Assembly: GCA_951406725.2 (NCBI GenBank)
Contig: OX597820.1
Location: forward strand, 14,074,001 to 14,138,000
Length of the DNA stretch: 64,000 nt
Source of the DNA: Octopus vulgaris
Taxonomy: Eukaryota
Direction of reading: 5' to 3'
Part shown: positions 39,255 to 52,353 of the stretch, piece after piece
Layout: each line of letters begins with the position of its first letter
How positions within the stretch are numbered: the first letter of the stretch is position 1
The notes under the pieces: generated by a model
What the model saw: only the letters and a program-made list of their open reading frames with translations
Database searches by the model: none
Told to the model about the DNA's origin: nothing
Made by a program: the position numbers and the translations under genes

Positions 39255-39882
39255 CACGTAAAAAGTACTATCCGAATATGATTGATCCTAGGCCTGCCTG
39301 ACTGGCTCTTGTGCCAGTGACATGTAAAAAGAATTGATGCTAGTAGACCCTGACCAGCCCCCATGCTAGAGGCACATAAAAAGCCCTATCTGAATGTGAT
39401 CAATGGCAGGCCCGCCTGACTGGCTCCTGTGCCAGTGGCATGTAAAAAGCACTATCCGAACGAGATCGATGCCAGGCCCACCTGACTGGCTCCTGTGCCG
39501 GTGGCACGTAAAAAGCACCATCCCAACGTAATTGATGCCAGTAGACCCTGACCAGCACCCGTGCTGGTGGCACATAAAAAGCACTGTCTAAACGTGATCG
39601 ATGCCAGGCCTGCCTGACTGGCTCTTGTGCCAGTGACATGTAAAAAGCACCATCCGAATGTGATAGATGTCAGGCCCACCTGACTGGCTCCGGTAGCACG
39701 TAAAAAGCGCCCACTACACTCTCAGAGTCGTTGGTGTTAGGAAGGGCATCCAGCCGTAGAAACATTGCCAGATCAGATTGGATCCTAGTGCAGCCACTAG
39801 CTCCCCAGACCTCAGTGAAACCGTCCAACCCATGCCAACAGGGAAAACAGACATTAAACGATGATGATGATGATGATGATGA
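39255..39882 (+). mobile_element. RTE LINE 3' UTR with ~7-8 tandem ~60-bp units
   Basis: Repeated GGCACGTAAAAAGCACC, terminal block, (GAT)n. Confidence 0.88.
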
Positions 39883-39974
39883 GTTGGTCAGAAGGAGGCA
39901 AGCTGACAGAATCATTAGGACACTGAGCAAAATGTTCAGCAAAATGGTAAGACAGACAGGATCGTTAAATTGAT

Positions 39975-40325
39975 TAAGTAGCTTGCTTACCGACCACATG
40001 TTTCTGAGTTCAGTCCCACTGTGTGACACCTTGGGCAAGTGTCTTCTACTATAACCTCGGGCTGATCAAAGCCTTGTGAGTGGATTTGGTAGACGGAAAC
40101 TGAAAGAAGCCCATCATATACATGTATATGTGTGTGTGTGTGTTTGTGTGTCTTTGGTTGTTCCCGCCACCATTGCTTGACAACTGATGCTGGCAAGAGA
40201 GACCAATAAAATAAGTACTAGGTTCACAAAGAATAAGTCCTGGGGTCGAATTGTTTGACTAAAGGTGGTGCTCCATCACGGTCACAGTCAAATAACACTG
40301 AAACAAGTAAAAGAGTAAAAGAAGG
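39975..40325 (+). mobile_element. SINE family B
   Basis: Body and tail match the family. Confidence 0.85.
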
Positions 40326-40394
40326 AAAGAATATACCTATCGGCTACAGAAACCCGGATATACCAAGGAGTCTGCAATATAAATTTACATATAT

Positions 40395-40705
40395 TAATAA
40401 TAATAATAATAATAATAATTGTGTACAGTGCTCAGGTGCACTACAACTCATCTAAAGTGTATTTATAATCAGGTGTAGTTTCGGCGGATTTCGGAAAGCA
40501 TGAGGGCCTTAAAAGATGCAGTGTCATGGCAGTCAACAACTGACGCAGGCAGTTTATTCCATGCTTCAGCAACTCTGAGCGTGAAAAAATGTTTCCGAAA
40601 GTCATGGGAGCTGTATTGTTTTCTGACTTTGTAGGCATGTCCATGTGTGTTAGACACATGGAGATCAAAAAGGTGTTCAGTGTTGTTGTTGGTGAGGTGG
40701 AAAAA
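40395..40705 (-). mobile_element. CR1-group LINE 3' end with an (ATT)n tail
   Basis: THGHAYK...RKHFFTLRVAEAWNKLPASVV...SFK. Confidence 0.85.
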
Positions 40706-40936
40706 TCTGTTATGTACTGAGTGCACAATAGGTGAACTGCGATATGGAGAAGGATTATTGTATTTTGTTTCATCTCTCTGCATTATAAGTTCTAATCTCA
40801 CAGGAGTTAACGTTGGACTTAACTGTACAGATGGTCAGAAGGTAGCAAGCTGGCAAAGTTGTTAGGACACTGAGCAAAATGCTTAGCAGTATTTTGTCTG
40901 TCATTACATACTGAGTTACAGGCCTTGTGCCTATAG

Positions 40937-41185
40937 TAGTTAGTTAGTTAGTTAGTTAATTTGGCTCAAAAGCAAATAGCAAGGCCATGTAGGGGGACAT
41001 GGAGTTAAGTACAGGGTGGTGTTCATGTAAAGAGTTCAGGCCACTTGAGGTCCAGGGAGACTTTGAACAAAGCGGTCGTCGGCATCTTCACCATCTCGTC
41101 TGGCAGCTTGTTCCACGGATCCGCAACCCGGACGGAGAAAGCTCCTCTCCTTCGATTGAGATGAAATCGTCGCAGGTAGAGCAGG
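40937..41185 (-). mobile_element. Second CR1-group LINE 3' end with a (TAAC)n tail
   Basis: RRGAFSVRVADPWNKLPDEMV...LFKVSLD. Confidence 0.82.
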
Positions 41186-41199
41186 TAGAGTAGAAAGAG

Positions 41200-41231
41200 G
41201 GACAGATAGATAGAGAGACAGACTGACAGAC

Positions 41232-41306
<75 letters not shown>

Positions 41307-41408
41307 CTGATAGATAAAGAGACAGACAGACAGACAGATAGATAGATAGATAGAGAGACAGACAGACAGATAGATAGATAAAGATATAGATAAATACAGA
41401 GAGAGACA
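41200..41408. repeat. (GATA)/(GACA) microsatellite
   Basis: Visible. Confidence 0.95.
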
Positions 41409-41907
41409 ACTGATTGAATTTCAGAAATTTATTAGATGTAACTGTTTAATCAATATTGCTATTAACCGTTGGATTAAATAGACTTTATGTGAACTGAGAA
41501 GAAATAAGTCTATCCTTATTGATGTTACCTCTTTTAATATGGACTCTACCATCACCACACCATCACCCCCTATTACCACCAACACCACCACTAACACCAC
41601 CTCTGCTGTTGCTAGTGTTATTGTCATCATTGTTGCTTTCATCGTCAGCTTCGTCAGCATTGTCATCAATATCATCATCATCATCATCATCATCATCATC
41701 GTCGTTGTTGTGTCATCATCATCATCAATATCATCCCCATCATTTTCATCATCGGCGGCGGCGGTGGCGACGTCCTCATCACCACTGTTGTTGTCGGCGT
41801 CATTGTCATCATCGTCATCATCACCACCGCCGTTATCACGAATGCTATTATCAAGCGTTAGGTCTTTAAGTTCCATGGACAAACAACAACACAGTGAAGT
41901 TCTGAGT

Positions 41908-41955
<48 letters not shown>

Positions 41956-42090
41956 TAGAGAAAGATAGAAAGAGTGAGAGAGAAATGATAAACCATTCGT
42001 ATTGAGTTCTAAAGCTTTAACACATTATGGCACAAATGGCAGCTACACAATTACATATATATCAATATATATATACATATATACATATAT

Positions 42091-42133
<43 letters not shown>

Positions 42134-42716
42134 CATACATATACATATATATATTGATATATATGTATGTATGTATATATCTGTTTGTGTGTGTGTGAAT
42201 ATAAGATAATGAAAATATAAAAAAATGGTATCACCTGTGCTGCTGACCACAATCATTTATTTCTGCACCTAAAGTATTCTACCTTTGAACGTCTTTTATA
42301 TGATTGTATGAACATAGGTATGTACATACATAAATACATACATATATACATACATATATATATATGTGTGTGTCTGCCTGTGTGCCTGTATATAGATATA
42401 CATACAATATAGATCTGTGTATGTATGTATGCATATGCATATACAAATATTATATATATATATACATATATATATACTCATATCTGTATATATCATACAT
42501 ATATTGCTATATATATATACATATTTGTATATATATATCATACATATATATGTACATATATTTGTGTACGTACACACACACATATATATATACACATATA
42601 CACATACATATACATATATGTATGTGTATATACTTATATACATATACATATATATGTTATTACTATCATCATTCGTTTATGCCATTTAATAATAACAATA
42701 TATACATATATATCAT

Positions 42717-42756
<40 letters not shown>

Positions 42757-42826
42757 TATACATACTCATGTTCTGAGCTTTATATTCCTATTTGTATCAT
42801 CAAACCCATTTCTCTCTTTCAATATA

Positions 42827-42875
<49 letters not shown>

Positions 42876-43097
42876 ATTTGCATACATACATGCAAGTGCT
42901 TTCTACTTTGTTACTTTTGTGGTTATTCTTCTAAAATAACAACAAAAACGAGAATGTAAAATTCAGATAAAGACAGAAACATACAAAAAAAAAAACAAAC
43001 AAACAAACAGCAAATGACAAACCATCAAACCAAAGAACAAAACAAAAAGACAAACAAGAAAAAACGATCATTTTGGTTTTTCTTGATGTTGTCACAG

Positions 43098-43206
43098 AAC
43101 CCTCGGCCCTTCTCACAGATCCAACACCTCCATCATGGAGATCTCTTATAATGTTGGACAAGAGGTTAGAAATTCCATAGAATGGAAATCTAGAGTTTTA
43201 TTTCAT
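43098..43206 (+). other. Candidate host exon (unverified)
   Basis: Pyrimidine-rich ...TTGTCACAG acceptor, open frame [42 protein letters not shown] donor. Confidence 0.25.
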
Positions 43207-43234
43207 GTGAGTGACAAAGGAGTTTGTATTTATA

Positions 43235-43321
<87 letters not shown>

Positions 43322-43424
43322 TGCTCTAGCATGGCCATAGTCAAAAGACTGAAACAAGTAAAAGAATATATATGTGCGTGTGTGTTTATATATATACATA
43401 TATATATATATATACACATATATA

Positions 43425-43490
<66 letters not shown>

Positions 43491-43731
43491 AGTATGTGTG
43501 TGTTCATTGTTTCTGCATAATATAAATATATATTATATCTCTTATATATACGATCTTATATATATATCAAAACCTGCATGGATACATACACACACATATA
43601 TATACATTTCTATACACACATATTAATGTGTTCACATATATAAATGTATATTTTCCTATATGATATATATATATATATATAGCAAGTGAGAGGGAGAGAG
43701 AGAGTGAAATACATGTATATTTATATATTCT

Positions 43732-43772
<41 letters not shown>

Positions 43773-45053
43773 TATATGATAAAGCAATGTTTGTGTGTGC
43801 TTGAGCGTATGTTCATTATGGATTTGAAAACTGAGCTGCCAATTTTCACGTATGAGGTATCAAAGGATTTAGTAATCTTTCGGCTACCAAATAAAGTGTG
43901 GTTTTTGCAAAACTCTTTTCTACCACAAAAATAACCTTGTAAACAAGGTTGTGTCACACAATTTTGAGGTCTTTACCTAAGGGAGGCAACTCTGCCTGAA
44001 CAACTTTTATGTGTTAGAGCATAATGAGAAAATGCTTAAAATACATTGGAGCTTTACCAGAGAATGAAACTTTGAAGAAATACCTTAAACTTTATTAGTA
44101 TTATTTAATGTGAAGTATGTTTGTCTGTTTTGTTTAGCCCAGAGTTGCTTCTGAGGTAGCAGACCCATCGCATACTTTTTATTTCTTCCTGAAATACTGT
44201 AAATCTGTGTCTTTCTATTGATGAAAGGGTGTGTTTCAAGAGAGATTTTGCTGTTATTTCTAGTAGCTCAAGTTACCTCAGAGACACCCCTCTATGTGTG
44301 TGTGTTTTGTTGTGGTGAAAAAAGACTTTTTCTCAGAATATTTTGCCCAATAAGTTTTTAAGAAAACAACACCTTTCTTACTGCTAACCATTCAACTTCC
44401 AATTACAATAGTTAATTATTGAAATTCAAATAAACTGAGATGTACATATGGTGTTATTGTATAGTGTGGAAGTTCAATATGAAGATTTGAACTCATTATC
44501 TTGTGGTTAATAATCTATTACTTTAAATTTGAAGCCTTTAAGTCTTTAAACACTATTTTACTGGGTTTAGTCTTTTGACTGTCACCATGATTGAGTATCA
44601 CCTTCAGAAATTCAATTGTTCATACTGACTTCAGTTCGTAATTACAATCTGGCATTTATTGTATAGATCTCTGCTTGATGAGCTTTGAGACATAGTGGGA
44701 CACATACACGCAAACACACACACATTAGGTGCAAGAATGGACTATGTGGTTGAGAAGTTTGCTTCCTGACCACATGGTTCCCTGTTCAGTCACTCTGCAC
44801 GGTACCTTGGGCAAGTGTTTCCTACTATAGCCCTAGGCCAACCACATACTGAATTTGAGACTGAATTTGGCAGACAGAATCTTCATCATTACTTATCAGA
44901 AAATTACCAAAAAACATGTTCATAAAGTAGAGTTGTTTGCTTCATACTCCCCGTGTGCCATTTCTGCTCATAAGAAAGGAGCAAATAATAGACTGTGGCT
45001 GTGGGTCATAACGCGTGGGCAATGCTGGGATGCATTGCTAGTATATATATATA

Positions 45054-45640
45054 TCATCATCGTCATCATTTAACGTCTGATTTCCATGTTGGATGGTTTG
45101 ACAGAAGCTAGCAAGCCAGAGAGCAGTACCAGGCACCATTTGCCTGTTTTAATAGGGTATCTATTGCTGGTTGCCCTTCCTAACATCAACCACCTGAGAG
45201 TGTACTGGGTTCTTTTTTACATGACACCAGTACAGGTGCTTCTTATATAGTACCAGCACAGGTGCTTTTTACATGGCACCTGCGCAGGTGCTTTTTATGT
45301 GGCACCTGCACAGGTGTTTTTACATGGCACCTGCACAGGTGCTTTTTACATGACACCTGCACAGGTGTGTTTTACATGGCCCTGCACAGGTGCATTTTCG
45401 ATGGCATCTGCACAGGTGCTTTTTACATGGCACCTTCATAGGTGCTTTTTACGTGGCACCTGCACAGGTGCTCTTTACATTGCACCTGTACAGGTGCTCT
45501 TTATGTGGCACCTACACAGGTGCTCTTTACGTGACACCTGCACAAGTGCTTTTTACGTGGAACCTGTACAGGTGTTTTTACATGGCACCTGCACAGGTGC
45601 TTTTTACGTGACACCTGTGCAGGTGTGTTTTATGTCACCA
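45054..45640 (-). mobile_element. RTE-family 3' end whose upstream part is a 26-bp minisatellite
   Basis: Terminal block 45054-45206; ~16 units of CAGGTGCTTTTTACATGGCACCTGCA at 45207-45640. Confidence 0.85.
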
Positions 45641-45916
45641 AGCAGCTCAGAAAACAAAAACCTCTCAGCTGAGAGAGGGAGTGGAATAAAGAGAAGTGGC
45701 CATGGGCCAGGTGAGTTTAGAGGGACAGAACTAGTTGTCTTACTATAGAGGAGATACTTGGTTACCCTAGAACCAGGAAGCAGAGAAGAGGGACAGAGAG
45801 AGTTAAAGAAAGATAAAGAGGAAGTCTGAGTGAGAGAGAGAGAGAGACAAATATATGGTATTGGAGATGTATTGAGGCCTATATACAGGGAACAATGGTG
45901 AAAGTTTAAGTAATAT

Positions 45917-46297
45917 CGTGGCACTCTGTTGATTATGATGATGAGGTTTCCAGTTGATCCAATCAACAGAACAGCCTGCTCATGAAATTAATGTGCAAGT
46001 GGCTGAGCACTCCACAGACATGTGTACCCTTAATGTAGTTCTCGGGGAGATTCAGCATGACACAGAGAGTAACAAGGCAGGTCCCTTTGAAATACAGGTA
46101 CAACAGAAACAGGAAGAAAGTGTGAGAGAAAGCTGTGGTGAAATAGTACAGCAGGGTTCGCCACCAGCCTCTGCCGGAGCCTCGTGGAACTTTAGGCGTT
46201 TTTGCTCAAATACTCACAATGCCCGGTCTAGGAATCGAAACCATGATCCTATGACCATGAGTCCACTGCCCTAACCACTGGGCCATTGCACCTCCAC
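45917..46297 (-). mobile_element. SINE family C (tRNA-Arg-like head) with an 11-bp TSD
   Basis: TTAAGTAATAT at 45906-45916 and 46298-46308; TGGCCCAGTGGTTAGG and GGTTTCGATTCC boxes. Confidence 0.9.
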
Positions 46298-46343
46298 TTA
46301 AGTAATATATATATATATACACACACACACACATATATATATG

Positions 46344-46500
46344 TGGCGTTAGGAAGGGCATCCAGCCGTAGAAACACTGCCAGATTTGACTGGGCCTGAT
46401 GAAGCCTTCTGGCTTCACAGACCCCAGTAGAACCGTCCAACCCATGCTAGCATGGAAAACGGACGCTAAACGATGATGATGATGATGATGATGATGATGA
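46344..46500 (+). mobile_element. RTE 3' terminal fragment
   Basis: Near-identical to the copy at 15980-16128. Confidence 0.88.
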
Positions 46501-46869
46501 TATATATATATATATATATGACACACTTAATTATATACAGTAGAGTGTACATCTGATATACATTGCATTTGTGTGTGGGGATATTTCTACTTGAATTCTG
46601 ATTAGTTATAAAATTACCAAAGTACGAGATTTAATACATTTACTGAGATGTTTAGGACATATATCAATATATATATAACTAAGGCTTATTTGTAAATAGA
46701 TGTTTGTGTGTATGTGTGTGTGTGTGTGTGTACCTAATTATGCATGTTTCACAGTATGTGTTAGTGTTTGCTGATATTTTTGTACGTATGCAGTATGCAT
46801 ATACACACACATGGATGAATGGATTGTAACACTTATTAGATATTGCTATGACTACTGTGTGCATGAGGA

Positions 46870-47140
46870 GGCAAAGTGGCTGAGTTTCTTTCGAGTGTTG
46901 GGCCTCATGGAGGCAATGACTGAGACGTTTGACATTATGTTGTGCTGGAGAAGAAGACCCATCATCAAGTCGAGCAAAATCACAGACATGGCAGATACTG
47001 GTGTCACGCAAACTGGCACTCATGCTGGTGGCACATAAACGCACTCTGGTGTCATGCAAATGGCACTCAAGCCCGTGGCATGTAAAAGCACCCATTACAC
47101 TCATGAAGTGGTTGGCGTTAGGAAGAGCTTCAAGCTGTAT
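46870..47140 (+). mobile_element. Degenerate RTE ORF end plus UTR
   Basis: FRVLGLMEAMT; GGTGGCACATAAACGCAC; GGCGTTAGGAAG. Confidence 0.65.
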
Positions 47141-47211
47141 GAAAGTGCTTATTTTGCTAAAATACCATAATAAAAAACATGCAAACCAGACTATGATTTA
47201 ATTTAATTCAA

Positions 47212-47253
<42 letters not shown>

Positions 47254-47263
47254 TATATACATA

Positions 47264-47647
47264 TCTCTCTATATATAAACGGCAATTTGTCTGTGCGTGT
47301 TTATGTGTGTCTGTTTGGTTGTACCCTCACCCTGACCACTGCTTTCAACCGATTCTGATGAAACTTGACACACACATAGCCCAATGTCATAATTCAAAAC
47401 TAACGCAGCGAAAATTTTGAAAAGTTCCCCCAGTTCTGAAAAAAAATTGATAAATTTGACATGGGGTCGAGAATCAGAAACACAAACCACAGACTGTCTA
47501 GGGGACGCAACTCGACCTTTTTTAACTCTCAAAAAAATTTACCATAATTTTTTTTCAATTTTTTTGCTATTTTTTGGCTATAACTCTCTAAAAATGCTTT
47601 ATAGTTATTTCCCTTACAAACCTGAGCAACACCGGGCGATACTGCTA

Positions 47648-47648
<1 letters not shown>
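47264..47648 (+). mobile_element. Non-autonomous Helitron
   Basis: A|TC start, 3' GC-rich hairpin CCTGAGCAACACCGGG, CTAG|T end. Confidence 0.85.
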
Positions 47649-47684
<36 letters not shown>

Positions 47685-48047
47685 AACATTCTTACTTAGA
47701 AATGGATGCGTGCGTTCCGTCATATAATATATTAATAAATAAAACATATGCATATATATATATATATGTACGTACCTACCTCTACATGTATATATACACG
47801 TATATATGGGTACAGGACACCAAAAAGACGTCGAACACAATGAGAAACGAAAACATATATATATGTATGTATGTATGTATGCATTACAATTTTGATGTCC
47901 AATTGACAGTTGATAAGCTAATGTCTCAAAGTGCAAGTTGAAATGTAGAAAAAAAACTTATAATGTCAGCATAGGATGTATACACACATGCACACTCATT
48001 CATACACAATCATATGTATTTCTACTCACATGCACACACACACAACC

Positions 48048-48095
<48 letters not shown>

Positions 48096-48131
48096 ATATA
48101 TATGTGAGTGTGTGTGTGTCTGTGTATATAG

Positions 48132-48176
<45 letters not shown>

Positions 48177-48202
48177 CACACATACATGTATACATATATA
48201 TG

Positions 48203-48245
<43 letters not shown>

Positions 48246-48347
48246 ATATATATATATGCATATATATATATATATATACATATATAAATACATACACACA
48301 CACATATATATATATATATGTAGATATAGTGTATATCTTTCTATCTA

Positions 48348-48384
<37 letters not shown>

Positions 48385-48772
48385 GCATATGCCAGCATAG
48401 AAAATGGATGTTAAGTAAATAATGATATATATATATATATATATACATACATACATGCATACATACATACACACACACATGCACTTCAGTACATCAGTAC
48501 ATATGCTCACACTTACACTGAACACCCACACTCTCCCCCCCCCAAAAATCAAACAAAATCAAACAACATCAAAACAAATGCAAACGCAAAACCAAACGAT
48601 TATGTATTGATCAAATAGTTGAAATGTTGGCACCACAATATTGTAACATTGTCCATGGAAAGCCTTCAGAAGTTTCCTTGAGCTTTTTGATCAATGCGTT
48701 ACAATACACAGCATTTTTCACGGTGACAAAATAGCAATGTTTTTACATATTTTTCAGTTACATATACATATT

Positions 48773-48857
<85 letters not shown>

Positions 48858-49068
48858 GTGCATGTGTTTATATGTATTTGTGTGTGTGTGTGTCTCTGTG
48901 TGTTTAATATCAACTTGCTCTCCGTTATGTTAGATAAAATTAAAGGAAAACGTATGACATTTGATACCTAATTTTTGTTCCCCCACTTCTCTCCCCATCT
49001 TTGTCATCATCATCATCATAATTATTATTGTTGTTGTTGTTACTGTTGTTGTTGTCATTATTACTATT

Positions 49069-49559
49069 AAGGCGACTAGCTGGCAGAGTCGTTAGCATGC
49101 TGAACGAAATGTAATTTTGTCTGTTGCTACGTTCTGAGTTCAAATTTCTCTGAGGTTGACTTTGCCTTTCATCCTTTTGGGGGAGGTTGATAAAATTAGT
49201 ACCAGTTGATCAGTGGGGCAGGAGGGGGGGTCACTGTAATCGACTCAGCCTCTTCCCCAAAATTGCTGGCCTTGTGCCAAAATTTGATATCATCATCGTC
49301 ATCATCATCATCATCATCATTATTTTTATTATCATTGTTATCATTAAGGCGGTGACCTAGCAGAGTTGTTAGTGTGCTGGACCAAATGCTTAGCGATATT
49401 TCACCCATTGCTACGTTCTGAGTTCAAATTCTGCCGAGGTTGACATTGCCTTTCATCCTTTCGGGGTCGATAAAATAAGTACCAGTTGCATATTGAGGAC
49501 AACGTAACTGACTCATCCCCTCCCCTAAAATAACTGCCCTTGAGGCAAAATTTGAAACC

Positions 49560-49560
<1 letters not shown>
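49069..49560 (+). mobile_element. Two tandem SINE family A copies (49069-49287, 49346-49560)
   Basis: Both have an AAGGCG head, GAGTTCAAATT box and the family core. Confidence 0.85.
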
Positions 49561-50675
<1,115 letters not shown>

Positions 50676-51204
50676 TATGGCAACTACAAGAAAAAAAAGG
50701 CCAACAGCAATAAGAGAACCTTGTAGCGCAGGCTTCCTTGCCCATTTCGTTTGTGACAATGGACTAGAAATTGTCCTCTGACACATAATGGCTTGGTCAT
50801 GTGAGTGATAACGCACCCAGCACTAGTTGTTATGAAGTTGCTGTTGTTGTTGATGAATAGAAATGACAGGATCAAATATGACACTGAGATACTCGTTATG
50901 AGATCAGAATATTGGCCTATGGTCAATGTTGTTGTTACTGCTGTTGTTGTTGTTGTTGTTGTCGTCATCGATGCTTCCTCTTTGTTCTTTTCTCTTGTTG
51001 ATATTGTTGCAGTTGTTGTTCTTGTTACTGGTTGCAGTGGTGGTGGTGGTGGTGGTAGTGGTGGTAGTGGCGGAGGTGGTGATAGCGGTGGGTTTTGTTA
51101 TTCTAAAGCATTAAAAAAAAAATGTCATATCTTGTGATATTCTATGCGAATTCTCTCTTGTGATAAGACCTTTTACCATAATGACATGTATATGAACTAG
51201 CTGT

Positions 51205-51237
<33 letters not shown>

Positions 51238-51245
51238 GTATATAT

Positions 51246-51278
<33 letters not shown>

Positions 51279-51440
51279 TATGTATATTAACATATACATA
51301 TATATTTATAAACACACACGTATATATATATATGTATATATATATATGTGTGTATATGTATATGTATATATATATATATACATATATTTGCATATATATA
51401 TATATATGCATATATATGTATATATATATATTTATGCATA

Positions 51441-51483
<43 letters not shown>

Positions 51484-52134
51484 CTACATATATATGCATA
51501 TATGTATGTATATCTACATATATATGCATATACATAAATATACATATTCACACATGCCCCATGAACACAAACACACATGATAACACACACACACGTGCAT
51601 AATGCATATTTGCATACTTTTATATCTGTACTATACCTTTGCATGTGTGCACGCATGCATGTGTGTATGTGTCCTTGTATATTTCTACAAACATGTCAAT
51701 TTATTGATTTCCTTCCATCAGTTAAATATTGAACCTTTCTCAGTATTTTTCTCTCTCTCTCACTCTCCCGCCTATCTCTCTCCTTCTCTCTCTCTCTCCA
51801 TCTATCTATCTATCTGTCTTAATTTTTCTCTTGCACATTCTCTCTGTTTTTCCTTTCTCTTCTTCCACCTTATTCTTCTTGTTACTGTTGTTGCTGCCAT
51901 GAGCCATCATGAGCCATCATGAGCTGCAGCACAAGTAAAATTCTTGAGCTCCAGTTCCCTCCAGATGTTCTGATGAACAGGATCTTGAGCAAGACATGAG
52001 CAGGGTGGCCAGTCTCACCCTGAAAAGGGCCAATCAGAAGCAATCCCTGAAAAGACAAACAGACATGGCAAATATGTCTGCCACATTGTCACCTGATCAT
52101 TGTACCTTGCCCCTGGGTACATCTGACCAGATTC

Positions 52135-52340
52135 TTCTATTCTTTTGTTTGTTTCATCATTTGACTGTAGCCATGCTGGAGCACCTCCTTCAAGTCAAAC
52201 AAATCAACCCCAGGACTTATTCTTTGTGAGCTTATTACTTATTTGATCAATCTTTTTTGCCAAGCCGCTAAGTTACGGGGATGTAAACACACCAACATCG
52301 GTTGTCAAGCGATAGTGATACGACAAACACAGACACATAA
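52135..52340 (-). mobile_element. SINE family B, 3' half
   Basis: CATTTGACTGTAGCCATGCTGGAGCACC...GACAAACACAGAC. Confidence 0.85.
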
Positions 52341-52353
52341 ACATATACATATA

